The notes under the pieces: model-generated | Databases searched by the model: none | Told to the model about the DNA's origin: nothing | What the model saw: only the letters and a program-made list of their open reading frames with translations | Made by a program: the position numbers and the translations under genes | DNA from: Alphaproteobacteria bacterium | GTDB taxonomy: Bacteria > Pseudomonadota > Alphaproteobacteria > CAAHEQ01 > UBA3637 | Direction: 5' to 3' | Length of the DNA: 60,283 bases | Assembly: GCA_045611665.1 (NCBI GenBank) | Contig: JAZKXP010000006.1 | Location: forward strand, 1 to 60,283 | In this document: positions 56,678-60,283 of the stretch, piece after piece | How the letters are laid out: each line of letters starts with the position of its first letter | How positions within the stretch are numbered: the stretch's first letter is position 1

Positions 56678-57415
56678 ATGTTTTCACAAATTGCACACGA
56701 TGAAAAAAATAATGTTTATTGTTGGTATGACTATAGGGGAGTGCCTTCTCGTTGGGTTGAAGTGATGGGGCGCCATACTAGAAAGTTTGAAGGATTTGAA
56801 GAAACTGTTTTGAAACAATGTGCTTCTCAAGGGATATTTGATGCCTTTCCTGAATTTAAAGCTCAAGCGCAAGAGGGGTTTGTAAAGGGGTATTATTTAT
56901 ACAATTTACACCCAATTGGTATGGGTGGCAATTTGTATGGTAAAACATGTTGTAATTTAAGTTTAATGCCCAAAGAATATGTTGATACCTTATATCGTTT
57001 TTTGAATGGATGGTATTATGGAAATTTATTAATAAAGCCAGATCGTGTTGCGGCAGATGGTCATAAAATTTTTATTAATGTGCCGATTTTACCAGCTGTT
57101 GTCAGTGAAAAAGATATGCCATTTTTAGATATTTTTAAAAATCCGGCCGAGGTAAAAAAACACGATATTATGTGTCAACATGGGCATGATGTTTTGGTAA
57201 AAATGCAGGCACATCAATTGAGTGTTTCTGGATTAACGCAAGAAACATATTCGGCTGCTGGTTATAAACGAGCTGAGTGTATTTATCCGCCAAAAAGTTT
57301 GCAGGATAAAATTGCGCATACACAGACAATTGCGGGAGGACCGGAAAAATCTGAGATGATTATCACAAAGTCACGAGAATTGATTGTTCCAAATAGACCA
57401 CGTACTCGCGAATAA
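56678..57415 (+). CDS. degenerate HNH-family protein, paralog 3
   Basis: ORF track 56558..57415. ATG 56678 follows TAAGGGGGA. YYLYNLHPIGMGGNLYGKTCCNLSLMPKEYVDTLY keeps the fold landmarks but not the HH pair or distal His. FINVPILPAVV motif is retained. Confidence 0.6.
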   Translation: MFSQIAHDEKNNVYCWYDYRGVPSRWVEVMGRHTRKFEGFEETVLKQCASQGIFDAFPEFKAQAQEGFVKGYYLYNLHPIGMGGNLYGKTCCNLSLMPKEYVDTLYRFLNGWYYGNLLIKPDRVAADGHKIFINVPILPAVVSEKDMPFLDIFKNPAEVKKHDIMCQHGHDVLVKMQAHQLSVSGLTQETYSAAGYKRAECIYPPKSLQDKIAHTQTIAGGPEKSEMIITKSRELIVPNRPRTRE

Positions 57416-57424
57416 AAAAAGACT

Positions 57425-57452
57425 TTGACTTTTAAAAATTTTTATGTATAAT
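57425..57452 (+). promoter_or_regulatory. sigma70-like promoter of thrS
   Basis: TTGACT (57425-57430), 16-nt spacer, TATAAT (57447-57452). Leaves a ~170-nt leader. Confidence 0.55.
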
Positions 57453-57630
57453 AAAATCCTACCCCGTGGTATGGGGAGGTTCAAAAATTCCTTTTTAGTG
57501 GCGTGTTCGCCCAACGGTTTTGGACTTTGAAAAAATCCAGCATGTCGTATGTGCGGGTTTTGATGGGAAAAAAGCTGATTTGCCTGAAACGGGATTTTTG
57601 GGCAAACAATTTAACAAAAGGAATAAAATA

Positions 57631-59556
57631 ATGATAGAATTAGTATTGCCAGATGGCGCAAAAATGTCAGTAGAAAGTGGCATTAAAGGGGTAGAAGTTG
57701 CCTCAAAAATTTCTGAAGGATTGGCGAAATGTGCGGTTGCTGTTAAAGTAAATGATACTTTGATGGATGTGACAACTCCGATTACAACAGGCGGTACTTT
57801 TTCAATTATCACAAGTAAAAATCCGGAAGGTTTAGAAATTTTGCGTCATACGGCGGCTCACGTGTTGGCTCAGGCTGTGGAAGCTTTATATCCAAATGCT
57901 AAAGCCACAATTGGTCCGGTTATTGAAAATGGTTTTTATTATGACTTTGCCGGTATTATTATCAAAGAAGATGAACTGCCGAAAATTGAAGCTAAAATGG
58001 CCGAAATTGTGGCGGCCGATTATCCGATTTCTCGCCAAATGATGGCTAGAGATGAGGCTGAACGTTTCTTTGCTGAACGTGGCGAACCATATAAAGTTGA
58101 AATTATTCGTGATATGCCCGAGGATGTAACGGAAGTGTCCATCTATACGCAAGGCGATTATGTGGAATTGTGCCGTGGTCCGCATTTGCCAAGAACGGGT
58201 ATGCTCGGCAAAGCTTTTAAATTAACTAAGGTATCCGCTGCCTATTGGCGTGGAGATGCAACAAAAGAATCTTTGCAACGTGTCTATGGAACGGCTTTCT
58301 TTAATGAAAAAGAACTGAAAAACTACTTTACTATGTTGGAAGAGGCCGAACGCCGTGATCACCGTAAACTCGGTAAAGAAATGGATTTGTACCATTTTGA
58401 AGAATTTGCACCGGGCGATGTATTTTGGCATCCACGTGGTTGGACATTGTTCCAAACATTGATTGATTATATGCGTAAACGTCAAAAAGCCGTCGGTTAT
58501 GTTGAAATTAACACGCCGCAACTGATGAACCGCGTGTTATGGGAAACGTCAGGCCACTGGGATTGGTATCAAGAAAATATGTTTACAACAACGGTGGAAG
58601 AAAAGGCTTTTGCCTTAAAACCGATGAACTGCCCAGGGGGGGTATTGGTCTTTAAACATGGTCTGACCAGCTATCGTGATTTACCGCAATATATTGGTGA
58701 ATTTGGTCGTGTTCATCGTTATGAAGCCTCAGGTGCTATTCACGGATTAATGCGTGTGCGTGCCTTTACGCAAGATGATGCCCATATTTTCTGTACGCCT
58801 GAGCAATTGCATGACGAATTGCAAAATGTGGTTAAATTGATGGTCAGTATTTATGAAGATTTTGGCATGACGGATATGAAAATCAAATTGTCTACCCGTC
58901 CGGCCGAACGCATTGGATCTGATGAAATTTGGGACTTCCTTGAAAACGGATTAGCCGAAGCCATTACGGATATGGGCTATACCTATGAAATTAACGAAGG
59001 CGACGGGGCTTTCTATGGTCCGAAATTGGACTTTAAATTCCGTGATGCAATTGGCCGTGAATGGCAACTTGGGACTTTGCAAGCCGATTTGAACTTGCCG
59101 GAACGCTTTGATGTAAACTATGTCGGTGAAGATGGTCAAAAACATCGCCCGATTATGTTGCACCGTGCTTTGTTCGGGTCTTTGGAACGGTTCTTAGGCG
59201 TGTATATTGAAAGCACAGCCGGTCGTTTCCCGTTCTGGTTAGCGCCGGTTCAAATTATGGTGGCACCCGTTACGAATGACCAAGACGACTATGCCAAAAA
59301 AGTCCTCAAACGTCTGCAACGGGCCGGTATTCGTGCCGAAGCCGATTTGCGTAATGAAAAAATCAGCTATAAGGTACGTGAACACAGTTTGAAAAAAATC
59401 CCAGTGATTGCTGTCGTTGGTAAAAACGAAGCGGCTGAAGAAACACTCACTTTGCGTCGCTTGGGTGAAGAAAAACAAGTCGTCATGAAATTGGAAGATG
59501 CCGTTAAACAATTTAAATTGGATGCACGGTACCCATCCGTTGAGTATGATGATTAA
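57631..59556 (+). CDS. thrS: threonine--tRNA ligase
   Basis: ORF track starts at 57520. ATG 57631 (RBS AAAGGA) gives the TGS-domain N-terminus MIELVLPDG. HTAAHVLA, class II motifs, anticodon-binding C-terminus. Confidence 0.9.
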   Translation: MIELVLPDGAKMSVESGIKGVEVASKISEGLAKCAVAVKVNDTLMDVTTPITTGGTFSIITSKNPEGLEILRHTAAHVLAQAVEALYPNAKATIGPVIENGFYYDFAGIIIKEDELPKIEAKMAEIVAADYPISRQMMARDEAERFFAERGEPYKVEIIRDMPEDVTEVSIYTQGDYVELCRGPHLPRTGMLGKAFKLTKVSAAYWRGDATKESLQRVYGTAFFNEKELKNYFTMLEEAERRDHRKLGKEMDLYHFEEFAPGDVFWHPRGWTLFQTLIDYMRKRQKAVGYVEINTPQLMNRVLWETSGHWDWYQENMFTTTVEEKAFALKPMNCPGGVLVFKHGLTSYRDLPQYIGEFGRVHRYEASGAIHGLMRVRAFTQDDAHIFCTPEQLHDELQNVVKLMVSIYEDFGMTDMKIKLSTRPAERIGSDEIWDFLENGLAEAITDMGYTYEINEGDGAFYGPKLDFKFRDAIGREWQLGTLQADLNLPERFDVNYVGEDGQKHRPIMLHRALFGSLERFLGVYIESTAGRFPFWLAPVQIMVAPVTNDQDDYAKKVLKRLQRAGIRAEADLRNEKISYKVREHSLKKIPVIAVVGKNEAAEETLTLRRLGEEKQVVMKLEDAVKQFKLDARYPSVEYDD

Positions 59557-59593
59557 GGTCTTATGATAGTTGTCGGCTCTGCATTTGCGGGGC

Positions 59594-59662
59594 CGCTTTA
59601 AAAAATAAGATTTGAGTAATCTGATTTTTGAAACGCCCTTGGGGAATCGGGGGTGTTTTTTT
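59594..59662 (+). repeat. duplicate of the eno 3' end (last codons and stop) plus the eno terminator
   Basis: CGCTTTAAAAAATAAGATTTGAGTAATCTGATTTTTGAAACGCCCTTGGGGAATCGGGGGTGTTTTT matches the minus strand of 47643-47711 with 2 mismatches. It also serves as the thrS terminator. Confidence 0.85.
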
Positions 59663-59677
59663 ATATATTGGAAAAAA

Positions 59678-59717
59678 TTTATCTGTCATAAAAAGGGTCG
59701 TTTTTGTGACAGATAAA
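59678..59717. repeat. 17-bp inverted repeat in shared 5' UTR (copy 3, one mismatch)
   Basis: TTTATCTGTCATAAAAA-GGGTCG-TTTTTGTGACAGATAAA, followed by the same ATTCGAAAAAAAAGGAGTAAAAA-ATG. Confidence 0.9.
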
Positions 59718-59740
59718 ATTCGAAAAAAAAGGAGTAAAAA

Positions 59741-59890
59741 ATGAACTTGAAACACACGTTACAATCCGGTCGGTCTATGGTGGAAATGCTATGGGTTTTG
59801 GCGATTATCGGTGTTCTGTCTGTTGGGGCGATAGCGGGATATTCCTACGGTATGGCCAAATACCGTGCGAATGAAACGATTAATGATATT
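59741..59890 (+). pseudogene. 5' fragment of a sub-family B pilin-like gene
   Basis: MNLKHTLQSGRSMVEMLWVLAIIGVLSVGAIAGYSYGMAKYRANETINDI is homologous to 16460 and 45946. After about codon 50 the similarity ends, and the track ORF (to 60094) reads through low-complexity sequence and the next gene's promoter. Confidence 0.7.
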
Positions 59891-60109
59891 ATGCTCAACC
59901 GACTTATGCTTATGGAGTTAATAGGGCCCAACATCGTGGCGGCGGGCGGTGAGTTTTTGCCACAAAATCAATTTCTGCACCTAATTATCGTTAATAACAT
60001 TAAAGTTATCAGAATGATTTTTATCTGTCTTTGTCTTTTTTTAAAAACACTTGACAGAAAATATGTTTTCTGCTATTTTCTTTCGAAAAAGTAACAGGAG
60101 TTATGGACT

Positions 60110-60283
60110 ATGGCAGATAATGTAAAGAAAATATACGATCACAAAAATCAATTGAAATCACAAATAATGATACAGCCGGATGGGCGGGAATTGGAAACGG
60201 AATTTTATCCGAATGGAAAGCCCCGAGTGATTGCCGAGTACCGAGACGGTGTTTTGGATGGTGTTTATAAAGAATATTATGCA
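60110..60283 (+). CDS. MORN-repeat-variant (YwqK-like) protein, N-terminal part (runs off window end)
   Basis: Not in ORF track. RBS AGGAG, ATG 60110. ...ETEFYPNGKPRVIAEYRDGVLDGVYKEYYA shows the MORN_2 periodicity. Confidence 0.6.
   Translation, partial: MADNVKKIYDHKNQLKSQIMIQPDGRELETEFYPNGKPRVIAEYRDGVLDGVYKEYYA

Noticed and set aside
59891-60094. Continuation of track ORF 59741..60094 as a real 117-aa protein
   Set aside because: Homology to the pilin-like family stops at about codon 50. The remainder is AT-rich, reads through the promoter (TTGACA..TATTTT) and RBS of the next gene, and has no Cys-rich modules. It is treated as a truncated fragment.

Overview
About 60 kb of chromosome from an AT-rich Gram-negative bacterium. 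Gene content and order (rsmI/lpoA, hpf-ptsN, yejBEF, rpsP-rimM-trmD-rplS, tpiA-secG-kdsA-eno, rpe-phoB, fabD, murJ, infC, thrS) look proteobacterial, most like a small-genome alphaproteobacterium; that assignment is inference only. No rRNA, tRNA, CRISPR array, transposase or integrase was seen.

The housekeeping blocks are interrupted by an unusual accessory layer:

1. Six members (four full length, one mini-variant, one 5' fragment) of a cysteine-rich protein family. Each starts with a type IV pilin / class III signal (G|RSMVEML plus a hydrophobic helix). These fall into two sub-families, one of which shares an almost identical 5' UTR plus N-terminal module containing a perfect 17-bp inverted repeat.
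2. Two small secreted C-type-lectin-like paralogs.
3. A five-gene glycosyltransferase/wecB operon.
4. A four-copy, ~185-nt structured leader RNA. This is the most interesting signal. Each copy has its own promoter, a hairpin loop that pairs with a distal 3' segment (compensatory changes in every copy), a duplicated CUUCCAGC box that allows mutually exclusive pairings, and an intrinsic terminator. The copies sit directly upstream of two pilin-like genes, one lectin-like gene and the glycosyltransferase operon, which implies one RNA-controlled surface regulon.

Other notable items:
- a Leu-codon leader-peptide attenuator in front of a solitary leuA;
- three tandem HNH-fold paralogs with progressive loss of active-site residues;
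- an orphan 61-aa protein carrying the NrdD C-terminal glycyl-radical signature;
- a DsbA with a metallothionein-like Cys-rich N-terminus, and a DsbD-like protein lacking membrane cysteines;
- a MoxR-DUF58-DUF4381 operon ending in a WYL/TerB fusion;
- a copy of the eno 3' end plus terminator downstream of thrS;
- an rpmG gene missing from the ORF track.
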